Shown here: piece by piece, positions 47,645-57,244 of the stretch
Position numbering within the stretch: position 1 is the first letter of the stretch
Layout: each line of letters starts with the position of its first letter
NCBI GenBank assembly: GCA_965371515.1
Contig: CBDUYR010000008.1
Span: forward strand, 8,592-72,591
DNA from: an uncultured bacterium
Lineage (GTDB): Bacteria; Krumholzibacteriota; Krumholzibacteriia; Krumholzibacteriales; Krumholzibacteriaceae
DNA length: 64,000 bases
Direction of reading: 5' to 3'
Position numbers and translations under genes: made by a program
The notes under the pieces: generated by a model
The model's input: only the letters and a program-made list of their open reading frames with translations
Databases searched by the model: none
What the model was told of the DNA's origin: nothing

Positions 47645-48405
47645 ATTGGATAGTGGACATACCAGTCTTCATATTCGGCCTTATGGCAGGGAGCTTTCTC
47701 AACGTGGTCATCTATCGGCTGCCGCTGGGCAGATCTGTGGTCAGGCCCAGGTCGTTCTGCCCCGGATGTGGAAAGACGATCTCCTGGTACGAGAACATCC
47801 CCGTTCTCAGTTATGTCATTCTGCGCGGCAATTGCCGCCGCTGCGGCGTTTCGATCTCTCCGCGCTATCCGGTGGTCGAAGTGCTCGGGGGCCTGCTCGC
47901 CGTTCTGGCCGTGTATCTCCACGGCGACTGGATCAATGTCGCTTTCACTTACGCGTTCCTGATGGCGCTGCTCGCGATAACGATGATCGACTGGGACCAC
48001 AGGATCATTCCCGACCAGATCAGCCTCTCCTTTATTGTGGTCGGGCTCGCATGGAGCTTTTTCAATCCGGGTCTCAGCCTGATCTCGTCGGTGGCGGGAG
48101 CGCTCGCCGGCGGCGGCAGCCTCTGGCTCGTTGGTATCCTCTACAGGAAGATGAGGAAAGCCGAGGGGATGGGTGGAGGCGACGTCAAACTGATGGCGAT
48201 GATCGGGGCCTTTCTCGGAATCAGCCTGGTTCTGCCCGTGATAGTGATCGCCTCTTTCTTCGGTTCGGTATACGGCATCTCCCTGATGCGCAGGGGCGGT
48301 GACGGCCGGATGGCTGTCGCCTTCGGCTCGTTTCTGGCACCGGCAGCCGCATTTTGCATGATATTCGGCTCGACTCTGCTTGCCTGGTATTTCGGACGGT
48401 TCTGA
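47641..48405 (+). CDS. pilD: Prepilin peptidase / N-methyltransferase
   Basis: Start at ATG 47641 (overlaps the upstream stop). GSFLNVVIYRLP, SFCPGC...NIPVLSY..LRGNCRRC, IDWDHRIIPD, GMGGGDVKL, AFGSFL. Confidence 0.95.
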   Translation: MNWIVDIPVFIFGLMAGSFLNVVIYRLPLGRSVVRPRSFCPGCGKTISWYENIPVLSYVILRGNCRRCGVSISPRYPVVEVLGGLLAVLAVYLHGDWINVAFTYAFLMALLAITMIDWDHRIIPDQISLSFIVVGLAWSFFNPGLSLISSVAGALAGGGSLWLVGILYRKMRKAEGMGGGDVKLMAMIGAFLGISLVLPVIVIASFFGSVYGISLMRRGGDGRMAVAFGSFLAPAAAFCMIFGSTLLAWYFGRF

Positions 48406-48647
48406 TTCCATAATACATTTTCAGCGACTTTTTTTAACGTCTCCAGAAGTGCCTTTCCTTCCGGATTGGAGTGCTTCATGGCCGTTAATGACTCCACGTC
48501 CATTAAAGTTGACAGGAATATCCCCTGATTCTGGCGAATTGCATGGATTTATTGCAGATACTGTGGGCGCAGCCGTCAGCGTCCGGGATATCGGTTTGTA
48601 AGCACGTAGTAATACTGGAGTTGAATGATGCCGGGGTATCGATACGT

Positions 48648-48662
48648 TGGCACATTTGTTGC
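48648..48662 (+). promoter_or_regulatory. sigma54 (-24/-12) promoter upstream of pilM
   Basis: TGGCACATTTGTTGC: essentially consensus GG-N10-GC, in a 390-bp intergenic region. Confidence 0.8.
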
Positions 48663-48795
48663 GTTATCGAGCTCTCGAGGAAGGAATTATTGAATTATCT
48701 CAATCGGTTACGGCGCTTCAAATGCGTCGGCAAGGGGTGACAGGCGCGGTCCTGGACCACTCCATTGAGAGGAATTTTAAAAGGCTGGTGCGAGA

Positions 48796-49917
48796 ATGAT
48801 CTCATTACCATTTCTGAGCAAGAAATCCTCGACTGTCGGACTCGACATCGGGTCGAGCCTGATCAAGATCGTCGAGATCGATTACTCCGGCGGCTCGCCG
48901 AAGATCGTCAATTTCGGCTGCACGAGGCTCCTGCCCGAGGCAATCGTCGAGGGCGAGATCATGGACAGGGGGCTGGTGATCGACGGGATCAGGGAGTGCG
49001 TCGAACAGTCGGGGATAACGACCGACAATGTCGTGTCGGCTGTTTCGGGCCGTGCGGTCATCGTCAAGAAGGTCGTCATGGACAAGATGACCCCGGAGGA
49101 CGCGCAGGAGGCGATCTACTGGGAAGCCGAGCAGCACGTGCCGTTCGATATCGACGACGTCTGCCTCGATTTCCAGATTCTAAATGACGACATCGGGGCT
49201 AACCAGATGGAGGTCCTGCTGGTCGCTGCCAAGAAGGACATGGTAACTGTCCACGCCAGCCTGATAAGGGACGCCGGTCTATCCCCGACGATTATCGACG
49301 TCGATTCGTTTGCCGTCCAGAACTGCTTCGAGGCGAGCAGGAATGCCGGCAGCTTCGGCGATTCGGACGGGGACGATGATTTCGACGATCGTCATTCTGG
49401 CGGCAGCCGGAAGGCGATCGGCCTGATCAACATCGGAAGCGATGTTACCAACATCAACATTATACAGGGAGACAGTCCCCAGTTCACGAGGGACATCAGT
49501 GTCGGCACGGACCAGTTCGTCGAATCCATGCAGAAGGAACTCGGTCTTGATTACGAGGCGGCCCAGAATGTAGTCCACGGGGAGATCGGGGAACTGGACG
49601 GTTCGAAGATAAGGGAGATCATAAAGAAGCGCTCCGACGACCTCTCACTCGGCATCGAGCGCAGCCTTTCTTTCCTGAAGGCTGCAGGAGACGCCGATAC
49701 TATAGACGAGGTTGCTCTGAGTGGAGGAGGGGCGCACATACCTTACCTCAAGGAGATCCTTTCGGAAAGGCACGGAATGGAATTCTCCATACACAATCCT
49801 CTCGACGGCGTCGAATGGGATGAAGGCGTATTCGGCGAATACGAAGAAGACCTCGACAGCCTGGCGCCGCTGCTGACTGTCGGCATCGGTCTCGCTCTTA
49901 GAAAGGCGGGCAAGTAA
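48796..49917 (+). CDS. pilM: Type IV pilus alignment protein PilM
   Basis: VGLDIGSSLIKIVE, EAEQHVPFDIDDV, VLLVAAKK, DVDSFA, INIGS, LSGGGA, GIGLALR. Confidence 0.95.
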   Translation: MISLPFLSKKSSTVGLDIGSSLIKIVEIDYSGGSPKIVNFGCTRLLPEAIVEGEIMDRGLVIDGIRECVEQSGITTDNVVSAVSGRAVIVKKVVMDKMTPEDAQEAIYWEAEQHVPFDIDDVCLDFQILNDDIGANQMEVLLVAAKKDMVTVHASLIRDAGLSPTIIDVDSFAVQNCFEASRNAGSFGDSDGDDDFDDRHSGGSRKAIGLINIGSDVTNINIIQGDSPQFTRDISVGTDQFVESMQKELGLDYEAAQNVVHGEIGELDGSKIREIIKKRSDDLSLGIERSLSFLKAAGDADTIDEVALSGGGAHIPYLKEILSERHGMEFSIHNPLDGVEWDEGVFGEYEEDLDSLAPLLTVGIGLALRKAGK

Positions 49918-50471
49918 TGATACGGATAAATCTTCTTCCAGCGGAAGACAGGACCAAGAAGAAGGAACTGCATCTTCCCGAGATGTCGACTGTGTACCTG
50001 GTTGTGGCGATTGTGGTTTTTGTCGCCTCGATAGCCGTGAGCAGCACTATTCAGCGGCACAGGGTCAGGAGTCTCGAAAAGAAGATCGAGGTGGCGAAGG
50101 AGGAGGCCAGAAAGCTTGCTCCTCAGCTGGCCAAGATCAAGCAGATAACTAAGGAGCGTGAGGAAGTCAACAAGAGACTCAACCTTATCACTTCGCTCGA
50201 CAGACACAGGTATTACAGGGTGAAGCTTCTCAACGATATCAGCTACAAGCTGCCGGCAAACTGCTGGCTGACCGATATCGTCGAGCTTTCCCCGAACAAT
50301 TTCACCATAGATGGAATAACGTTTTCCAATTTCACCGTCGCCGACATGATCTCCAATCTGGAGAATTCGCCGCTCGTGACTAGCGTCGATCTCAAGATCG
50401 CGGAGCGGGGGCAGATCAAGAAGCGTGAAGTGATGAAATTCAGCATGAGCGCTAACGTCATGCCTCAGTAG
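49917..50471 (+). CDS. pilN: Type IV pilus alignment protein PilN
   Basis: MIRINLLP motif, single TM, coiled coil, PANCWL. Confidence 0.92.
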   Translation: MIRINLLPAEDRTKKKELHLPEMSTVYLVVAIVVFVASIAVSSTIQRHRVRSLEKKIEVAKEEARKLAPQLAKIKQITKEREEVNKRLNLITSLDRHRYYRVKLLNDISYKLPANCWLTDIVELSPNNFTIDGITFSNFTVADMISNLENSPLVTSVDLKIAERGQIKKREVMKFSMSANVMPQ

Positions 50472-50488
50472 GGAAGAGAGGAAATGGA

Positions 50489-51097
50489 ATGGATTTCAAG
50501 GATCCCAATGTACAGAAGACGATTGTTGTGGGGATACTCCTCGTCATAGTCGGCTACGTATACTTTTTCACGTCTTTCATGCCTTTCTTCTTCCAGCCGC
50601 TGAAGGCGCACGTCAACACGCTCGATTCGGAGTATGACAAGATAAGCGCAGAGCTGGAGAAGGCCAGGAAGACCGTGAACAGTCTGGCCAGACTCGAGGA
50701 GGAGTACGAGCGGCTTCACGATAAGTGGATGGCCGCCCAGAGCCTCCTGCCCCAGGAGAATGAAGTAGCGCAGCTGCTCCGCAAGGTGACTCGTGCGGGA
50801 AGCCAGTCCGGCGTCCAGTTCGATCTCTTCGAGCCGCAGATCCCTGTCACGGGAGAATTCATAACCGAGAATCCCGTGAAGGTGAAGATCCGGGGTGAGT
50901 ATCACGAGGTCGGCGTATTCCTGTCGAAGGTGGCGAACCTCGACAGGATCATCAACGTGACCGGCCTGAAGGTCAGGCCTTACAAGGACAAGGAAAATGC
51001 AGGCGGATTTACCGTCGAAGCAGAGATGATTATGACCGCGTTCACGATGAACAAAAGTGGGGAGGTGACAGATGAGAGCGTCAAGAAGAGTTCATAA
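50489..51097 (+). CDS. pilO: Type IV pilus alignment protein PilO
   Basis: TM plus coiled coil; LLPQENEVAQLL; GEYHEVGVFLSKVANLDRIINV. Confidence 0.92.
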   Translation: MDFKDPNVQKTIVVGILLVIVGYVYFFTSFMPFFFQPLKAHVNTLDSEYDKISAELEKARKTVNSLARLEEEYERLHDKWMAAQSLLPQENEVAQLLRKVTRAGSQSGVQFDLFEPQIPVTGEFITENPVKVKIRGEYHEVGVFLSKVANLDRIINVTGLKVRPYKDKENAGGFTVEAEMIMTAFTMNKSGEVTDESVKKSS

Positions 51098-51539
51098 GAA
51101 AGCCTGGAAAGCAATCTGGGCGTTTACGGGCGCCGCTCTTCTCCTTTCCGCTTTACCGCTTTACCCGGTCCTCGCACAGGACGGAAAGACGGTGGAAGGC
51201 AAGATCATCCGCGAGAAGAGGTATTATTACCAGGCGTTCAACCGGAGAGATCCCTTCCAGAGCCTCATCGTCGGAGAATATGAGCAGTCCGAATTCGAGC
51301 TCGTCGATATCAACGGAGTGAGACTCGTCGGAGTCCTTTCCGGCGGTATGGAAAAGTTCGCGATGCTCGAGGACAGCAATGGATTTGCTTACATCCTCAA
51401 GGCCGGCGATCCGGTCCGTAACGGAAGCGTTGTTTCCGTTGGCAACCGGACGCTGGTGGCGAGGATCTCGATGTTCGGACAGACGACCAGTGTAACCCTC
51501 AATATAGAGGGCAGCAGTAAGAACAAAGGAGAATCATGA
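51072..51539 (+). CDS. pilP: PilP-like pilus assembly protein
   Basis: Between pilO and pilQ; YYQAFNRRDPF; RLVGVL; AMLEDSNGFAYILKAGD; GGAGG ribosome-binding site; no lipobox Cys seen. Confidence 0.75.
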   Translation: MRASRRVHKKAWKAIWAFTGAALLLSALPLYPVLAQDGKTVEGKIIREKRYYYQAFNRRDPFQSLIVGEYEQSEFELVDINGVRLVGVLSGGMEKFAMLEDSNGFAYILKAGDPVRNGSVVSVGNRTLVARISMFGQTTSVTLNIEGSSKNKGES

Positions 51540-53461
51540 TGATGAGCATCCGCAGATTCGCCCTGGTAATCATCGCGGGTCTTGTCCTGCCCGGTCTCGG
51601 TCTCGCCGCTGTGTCGGAGATCAACGGCGTTAAGGTCGTTCCCGAGGGTGAAAAGGTCAGGCTCGAGATAAGTAAGGTCGGGGACATTCAGTTCAAGGCC
51701 TTCACTATGAGCGATCCTGACAGGCTCGTAGTGGATTGCTTCGGTGCAATGTACGACGTGCGAAGCGTCAACGACTATCCCGAGAATGGAATAGTCCGCA
51801 ATGTCAGAACGAGTCAGTATCAGAACGAACCCACGCTGATCAGCCGGGTCGTTGTCGACCTGAAGACTAAGGTCGACTGGAAGATATACGAAAACGGCGA
51901 CTACCAGATCGTGGAGATGTCGCCCCGGGGTACGGTCAGGACCGCTTCGGCCGATGCCGCCCCGATCCTCGAGGTAAAGCCGGTCGCAAAACCGGAACCT
52001 GCCGAGCCGAAACACATCCCGGTCGCCGCGGCCGAGATGGGTCCGGTACTGCCGATGACAATTCCGGAGAAGAAAACGGACACCGTGCAGCAGCCGGTCA
52101 CCGTGCAGCAGCCGGTCATCGTGCAGCAGACCGAGGAAAAACAGGAAGAGCCCGAGGAAGATGATCCCTGGGTGAAGGTCGAGCCGGTCGAGATCAAGAA
52201 CGAGATCAACTCGGCTCCAGCCAGGGCTGCCAGGATGACAACCGACTGGACACAGAACTACGTGCGCGGCGCTCCCGCCGCTGGCGGCGGCCTGGCCATG
52301 GGTAAGCGCAAGATCACGCTGGACGCGCAGGGCGCTGACATCAAGACGGTACTCCGCACCATCTCGGACTTTGCAGGCGTAAACATCGTCTCGGGCAAGG
52401 ACGTCGAGGGCGATGTATACGTCCATATCAAGGACACACCGTGGGAAGAGGCGCTCGACATCCTTCTGAAGGCGTATGGTTACGGCTTCCGCGAGGAGTT
52501 CGGCATGATCAGGGTTGCCGAGAAGCAGTCCCTGATGAAAGAGGAGCTTGACGAGAAGACGGCCGAGAGGAAGAAGGACGAACTTCTGCCCCTCGTCACC
52601 AAGATCATCTTTGTCAACAACTCGAATGCCGAGGAGATGCGTATAGCGCTGGAGAATATCGTGAGCCAGCGCGGAATGATCGCTGTCGACGAGGGAAGCA
52701 ACTCGCTGATCGTCAACGACATCGAGAAGAATATCGTGAAGATCGAGGGAATGGTACGCGAGCTCGACAAGAAGACCTACCAGGTCGATATCAACGCCAA
52801 GCTAGTCGAGATCGACGTCGAGGCTTCCAGGGAGCTCGGTATCGACTGGGCCGTCATGAACCTCGCATCGTCCACTCTGGACGGAACGGGAAGCGCCGAA
52901 GTCACGGCGAATATCCCGATGTCGGCCGCCAAGCTGACATACGGGACCGTTCAGTCCTGGGGTGAGTTCGCCGCCATCTTCAAGGCTCTCGAGAAGGAAA
53001 ACAAGGCGCACCTGATTTCCAACCCGCGGATCACCACAATGGACAACCGCGAGGCGAGCATTCTGGTCGGTAAGGAGATTCCACTCATCGTAGCGGATGA
53101 GGCTGGAAACCCGATCACAGAGCTCACCAAGATCGGTATCATGCTGAGGGTCACCCCTCACGTGAATTCCGACAGGACCATCACTCTCGATCTGCATCCC
53201 GAAGTCAGTGACCTCCAGTCCGAGGCTACCGCCCAGGGCGGAGTTATCATTACCACCTCCGAGGCCGATACCAGGGTTATAGTCGACAACGGAGCGACGG
53301 CTGTGATCGGTGGACTGATGAAGGAGATCGAAAGCGAGTACGTGAGTGGAGTTCCCATTCTCAAGGACATTCCGGGGATCGGCTGGTTCTTCTCTTCGAA
53401 GTCGAAGGTAAGCAAGCAGCAGGAACTCGTGATATTTGTGACACCGACGATAGTGGAATAA
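51536..53461 (+). CDS. pilQ: Type IV pilus secretin PilQ with an N-terminal AMIN domain
   Basis: AMIN domain (FTMSDPDRLVVD...VRTSQY...RVVVDL); ITLDAQGADIKTVL; PWEEALD; NPRITTMDN; VTPHV; VPILKDIP; ELVIFVTPTI. Confidence 0.95.
   Translation: MMMSIRRFALVIIAGLVLPGLGLAAVSEINGVKVVPEGEKVRLEISKVGDIQFKAFTMSDPDRLVVDCFGAMYDVRSVNDYPENGIVRNVRTSQYQNEPTLISRVVVDLKTKVDWKIYENGDYQIVEMSPRGTVRTASADAAPILEVKPVAKPEPAEPKHIPVAAAEMGPVLPMTIPEKKTDTVQQPVTVQQPVIVQQTEEKQEEPEEDDPWVKVEPVEIKNEINSAPARAARMTTDWTQNYVRGAPAAGGGLAMGKRKITLDAQGADIKTVLRTISDFAGVNIVSGKDVEGDVYVHIKDTPWEEALDILLKAYGYGFREEFGMIRVAEKQSLMKEELDEKTAERKKDELLPLVTKIIFVNNSNAEEMRIALENIVSQRGMIAVDEGSNSLIVNDIEKNIVKIEGMVRELDKKTYQVDINAKLVEIDVEASRELGIDWAVMNLASSTLDGTGSAEVTANIPMSAAKLTYGTVQSWGEFAAIFKALEKENKAHLISNPRITTMDNREASILVGKEIPLIVADEAGNPITELTKIGIMLRVTPHVNSDRTITLDLHPEVSDLQSEATAQGGVIITTSEADTRVIVDNGATAVIGGLMKEIESEYVSGVPILKDIPGIGWFFSSKSKVSKQQELVIFVTPTIVE
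52082..52129 (+). repeat. In-frame 18-bp tandem repeat in the pilQ linker
   Basis: ACCGTGCAGCAGCCGGTC twice plus a partial ATCGTGCAGCAG (TVQQPV-TVQQPV-IVQQ). Confidence 0.85.
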
Positions 53462-53485
53462 TCTTGCCCCTCCACTGGACGTCGC

Positions 53486-53522
53486 GCCCCCGGGTGATTC
53501 CCTGACCCCGGGGGCTTTTTTT
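53486..53522 (+). terminator. Intrinsic terminator after pilQ
   Basis: GCCCCCGGG (53486-53494) pairs with CCCGGGGGC (53507-53515), followed by T7. Confidence 0.9.
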
Positions 53523-53590
53523 ATGCCGGACGGACTTGAAGCCCTTTTCGCTTGCCGCACGCCCGTTGATTATTTATCCTGAAATGCCTA

Positions 53591-54175
53591 ATGAGAGTAA
53601 TAGCGGGAAGAAGCAGGGGCCTTGCCTTGAGGGGCGGACATGGACCCCAGTTCAGACCTACGGCCCAGATCGTCAAGGGATCGGTATTCGATACCCTGTA
53701 CGGCACGGTCCAGGATGCCGTGGTGCTCGACCTCTTCGCCGGCTCCGGTTCCATGGGGATCGAGGCCCTGAGCAGGGGGGCGTCGAGGGCGGTATTCGTC
53801 GAGCAGGACCAGAAGATCCTCAGGGCCCTGAGGACCAACCTCGACAGGTGCGGGGTGGCCGATCAGGCCGAAGTAGTGCGCGGAGACGCCATGAAGTACC
53901 TCGAGCGCCTCATCAGATCGAAGAAATCATTCGACATAATCTTCGCAGATCCACCCTACGCCTCGAAGCTCTCGCAGAAGATCGCCGTGACGATCAACTC
54001 GGTGAAGAGGAAGGTCTGCGGTCTGCTGATCACCGAGAGCGGCGAGGAGTACGATATCCCCTCCGGCGGCTCGCTCGAGAAGAAAAGGACGAGGAAATTC
54101 GGACAGACGATAGTGACGTATCTCGAATATAGAGAGGACGGGCCGCAGGGCCCAGGCACGGAGGGACAGGAGTGA
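53591..54175 (+). CDS. rsmD: 16S rRNA (guanine966-N2) methyltransferase
   Basis: MRVIAG, RPT, LDLFAGSGSMGIEALSRGA, FADPPY; precedes coaD. Confidence 0.93.
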   Translation: MRVIAGRSRGLALRGGHGPQFRPTAQIVKGSVFDTLYGTVQDAVVLDLFAGSGSMGIEALSRGASRAVFVEQDQKILRALRTNLDRCGVADQAEVVRGDAMKYLERLIRSKKSFDIIFADPPYASKLSQKIAVTINSVKRKVCGLLITESGEEYDIPSGGSLEKKRTRKFGQTIVTYLEYREDGPQGPGTEGQE

Positions 54176-54666
54176 AAGGCAGGACAGCCCTTTATCCGGG
54201 CACTTTCGACCCGATCACGAACGGCCACGTGGATCTCGTGGAGCGGATCTCGGGCCTGTTCGACAATGTCATCGTGGCGGTGGCCGCGGGTTACCACAAG
54301 GGGCCGCTTCTCACGCTCGAGCAGCGCGAGACGCTCGTGAGGGAAAGCCTCACCGGAATCGACCGGGTAGAGGTAGTCACCTTTGAAGGGCTGCTCGTCG
54401 ATGAGTTCAGGGACAGGGAGGTCGATGTGGTCATCAGGGGCCTCAGGGCCGTTTCGGACTTCGAGTACGAGCTGATGATCGCGCTTATGAACAGAAAATT
54501 ACATCCGGAATTCGAGACGGTATTCCTCATGCCGAGCGAGAAGTACATCTACCTTCACAGCTCCCTGGTGAAGGAGATATACAGGCTCGGCGGGGATATC
54601 GCTTGTCTCGTTCCGGAAGCTGTTGTGAAAAAGCTCGAAGAGTGGAAACCACTGCAGGGCGGATAA
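54172..54666 (+). CDS. coaD: Pantetheine-phosphate adenylyltransferase
   Basis: YPGTFDPITNGH, IRGLRAVSDFEYE, HSSLVKE. Confidence 0.97.
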   Translation: MKGRTALYPGTFDPITNGHVDLVERISGLFDNVIVAVAAGYHKGPLLTLEQRETLVRESLTGIDRVEVVTFEGLLVDEFRDREVDVVIRGLRAVSDFEYELMIALMNRKLHPEFETVFLMPSEKYIYLHSSLVKEIYRLGGDIACLVPEAVVKKLEEWKPLQGG

Positions 54667-54682
54667 CCCCGGGAGGGACGAA

Positions 54683-55873
54683 TTGTCAGGATTCATCAGC
54701 AGGAGGGCGGCAGGAATCGAGCCGTCCGTGACCCTCAGCCTCAACACGAGGGCCAACGCCCTCAAGGAAGCGGGCGAGGATGTCGTGGGACTCGCCGCCG
54801 GCGAGCCCGATTTCGAGACGCCTGATATCATCAAAGAGGCGGGTATAAAAGCGATTAGAGAGGGAAAGACGCGCTACACCCCGGCAGCCGGGATCAGGCA
54901 GCTCCGCGAGGCGGTGGCCGAGGAGTACACGGTGTTCCTCGGCGTCGATTACGGCTGGAAAGAGGTCGTCATCTCTCACGGGGCGAAGCACTCCATATTC
55001 AACTCTCTCTACGCCCTCACCGATCTGGGCGACGAGGTGATGTTCGTAACGCCGTACTGGGTCAGCTATCCGGAGATGGTCAAGCTCGTCGGGGCGGTGC
55101 CGAGGATCGTCGAGACGGGGGCGGAGACGGGGTACAAGATGACCGTCGAGATGCTCAGGGAGGAGATCGGCAGGAAGAAACCTAAGGTACTGCTCTTTAA
55201 CTCGCCGAACAACCCTGCGGGGATCGTCTACACGCGAGAAGAGCTTACGGCTATCGGAAATGTCCTCCTCGAAGAGGGAATAGCGCTCATAAGCGACGAG
55301 ATATACGAGTTCCTCACATTCGACGGGGTCGAGCATTACTCTCCCGTCACGCTTCTACCCGAGCTCAAGGACCAGTCGGTCGTGGTCACCGGTGTATCGA
55401 AGAGCTATGCGATGACGGGCTGGAGGGTCGGATTTGCGCTGGCCGAGGAGCAGCTCGCCTACAGGATGGGCGCCTACCAGGCCCACGCGACGGGGTGCCC
55501 CAACGCGATCTCCCAGTGGGCCGCTCTCGAGGCGGTTCGGAACGGTGCTGCCGACCGCGAGCGTATGCGCGTCGAGTTCGAGAAGCGAAAGAAGATGTTC
55601 GGAGAGCGCCTGGCGGCGATTCCGGGGATCAGTTTCCCCGAGCCTGGCGGCGCTTTCTACTTTCTCGCCGACGTCTCGTCGCTCTATCCCGCCTGCGGGG
55701 TGACCGGGAGCGCCGAGTTCTGCGAAAAGCTTCTCCAGGAGAAGGGGCTGCTCGTGATCCCTGGCGAGCCGTTCGGCCTGGACAACATGATCCGTTTCTC
55801 GTTCGCTGCGGGTGAGGAACAGCTGACGATGGCCCTCGACAGGTTCGAGAGCTTCGTGAGCGACTATTCTTAG
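54683..55873 (+). CDS. PLP-dependent class I aminotransferase (aspartate aminotransferase-like)
   Basis: GEPDFETP, GAKHS, PYWVSY, NSPNNPAG, SDEIY, SKSYAMTGWRVG. Confidence 0.93.
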   Translation: MSGFISRRAAGIEPSVTLSLNTRANALKEAGEDVVGLAAGEPDFETPDIIKEAGIKAIREGKTRYTPAAGIRQLREAVAEEYTVFLGVDYGWKEVVISHGAKHSIFNSLYALTDLGDEVMFVTPYWVSYPEMVKLVGAVPRIVETGAETGYKMTVEMLREEIGRKKPKVLLFNSPNNPAGIVYTREELTAIGNVLLEEGIALISDEIYEFLTFDGVEHYSPVTLLPELKDQSVVVTGVSKSYAMTGWRVGFALAEEQLAYRMGAYQAHATGCPNAISQWAALEAVRNGAADRERMRVEFEKRKKMFGERLAAIPGISFPEPGGAFYFLADVSSLYPACGVTGSAEFCEKLLQEKGLLVIPGEPFGLDNMIRFSFAAGEEQLTMALDRFESFVSDYS

Positions 55874-57244
55874 ATGGAGCTCGAAAGCGAAATAAATGAG
55901 CTGGGTAAGAGGTTGCGGGGAATATCCTTCCGCCGGGAGGCACGCTACACGTTGTCGTACGGTTTCGATGCTACCGGCAGGAGAGGGCGGTGCGACGCAG
56001 TAGTTTTCCCCCGGGATCTCGATGATCTGCAGAAGACGGTTTTTGAGGCGCGCCGGATCGGTGTGCCTCTTTTCATGAGGGGGGCCGGGACCGGATTCTC
56101 AGGAGGATCGGTTCCATGCGGCGGAGTCGTTGTTTCGACAGAGAAGATGAACAGGGTGCTCGAACTCGATACGGAGGCACGGACCGTGACAGTCGAGTCG
56201 GGGATCGTGAACAACGATCTCCAGGAGTATCTCGAGCCTCACGGATTCTTCTACCCGCCCGACCCGGCGAGCTTCAGGGTCTCGACGATCGGCGGCAACA
56301 TCGCGGAGAACGCCGGCGGCCCGAGGGCCTACAAGTACGGAGTGACGAGGCGGTACGTGCGGTCGATGGTCTGGATCGATTCCGGGGGAGAGGTGATCGA
56401 GTCTGCTGTGCGAGGGCCCGCGGCGCTGCTGATCGGCGCTGAAGGCACCCTCGGCGCGATCTACTCAGCCACGATGCGAGTGCTCCCGAGGCCGGAGATG
56501 TTCAGGACCGTGCTCGTGGCGGCGGGGGAGGACAGCGAGGCGATGAATACAGCCTCCGCTCTCCTTGCGACAGGCTTCACACCCAGCGTCCTCGAGTTCA
56601 TCGACTCGAAGACGATGCGCTGCGTCAGCGAGTACAGGGAACTCTCGGGGATCGACAGGAGGAGCAGCTATCTCTTCTTCGAGATAGACGGCTCACCGGA
56701 GGATGTGGATATGCAGTACGGCCTTCTGTCGTCGTTCTGCGACAATCGAGGGCTCGAGATGCTGACCGCACGGGACGACGGGGAGAGGGAGATCCTCTGG
56801 GAGCTGCGCCGGTCGGTCAGCCCCAGTCTGGCACGCATGGGGATCACGAAGATCAACGAGGATGTCTCGTTCCCGCTCGGCAGGCTGGGTGAGGCCGTCT
56901 CGTGGATTCACGGGCTCGCCTCGGAGCTCGAGCTCGACTGCTACATATTCGGCCATTGCGGGGACGGGAACCTGCACGTCAACATCATGACCGACAGGCG
57001 CCGCAGGGAGGAGATGGAGCGGGCGATGGTGTTCGTCGAGCGCCTCTTCAGGCGAGTTGCGGAGATGGGGGGGACGCTGAGCGGCGAGCACGGGATAGGG
57101 ATCACAAAGAAGGACTTTCTCGGCCTGGTCTTTTCACCGGCCGAGCTCGAGCTGCAGTACGGGATCATGAACGCGATGGATCCGGAGAACATATTCAACC
57201 CGGGCAAGTATTTCGATCCGGGGGGGCATGACGATGTTCATTGA
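55874..57244 (+). CDS. FAD-linked oxidase, GlcD / D-lactate dehydrogenase family
   Basis: RGAGTGFSGG, YPPDPAS, TIGGNIAENAGG, KYGVT, GAEGTLG, FGHCGDGNLH, SGEHGIG, DPENIFNPGK. Confidence 0.9.
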   Translation: MELESEINELGKRLRGISFRREARYTLSYGFDATGRRGRCDAVVFPRDLDDLQKTVFEARRIGVPLFMRGAGTGFSGGSVPCGGVVVSTEKMNRVLELDTEARTVTVESGIVNNDLQEYLEPHGFFYPPDPASFRVSTIGGNIAENAGGPRAYKYGVTRRYVRSMVWIDSGGEVIESAVRGPAALLIGAEGTLGAIYSATMRVLPRPEMFRTVLVAAGEDSEAMNTASALLATGFTPSVLEFIDSKTMRCVSEYRELSGIDRRSSYLFFEIDGSPEDVDMQYGLLSSFCDNRGLEMLTARDDGEREILWELRRSVSPSLARMGITKINEDVSFPLGRLGEAVSWIHGLASELELDCYIFGHCGDGNLHVNIMTDRRRREEMERAMVFVERLFRRVAEMGGTLSGEHGIGITKKDFLGLVFSPAELELQYGIMNAMDPENIFNPGKYFDPGGHDDVH

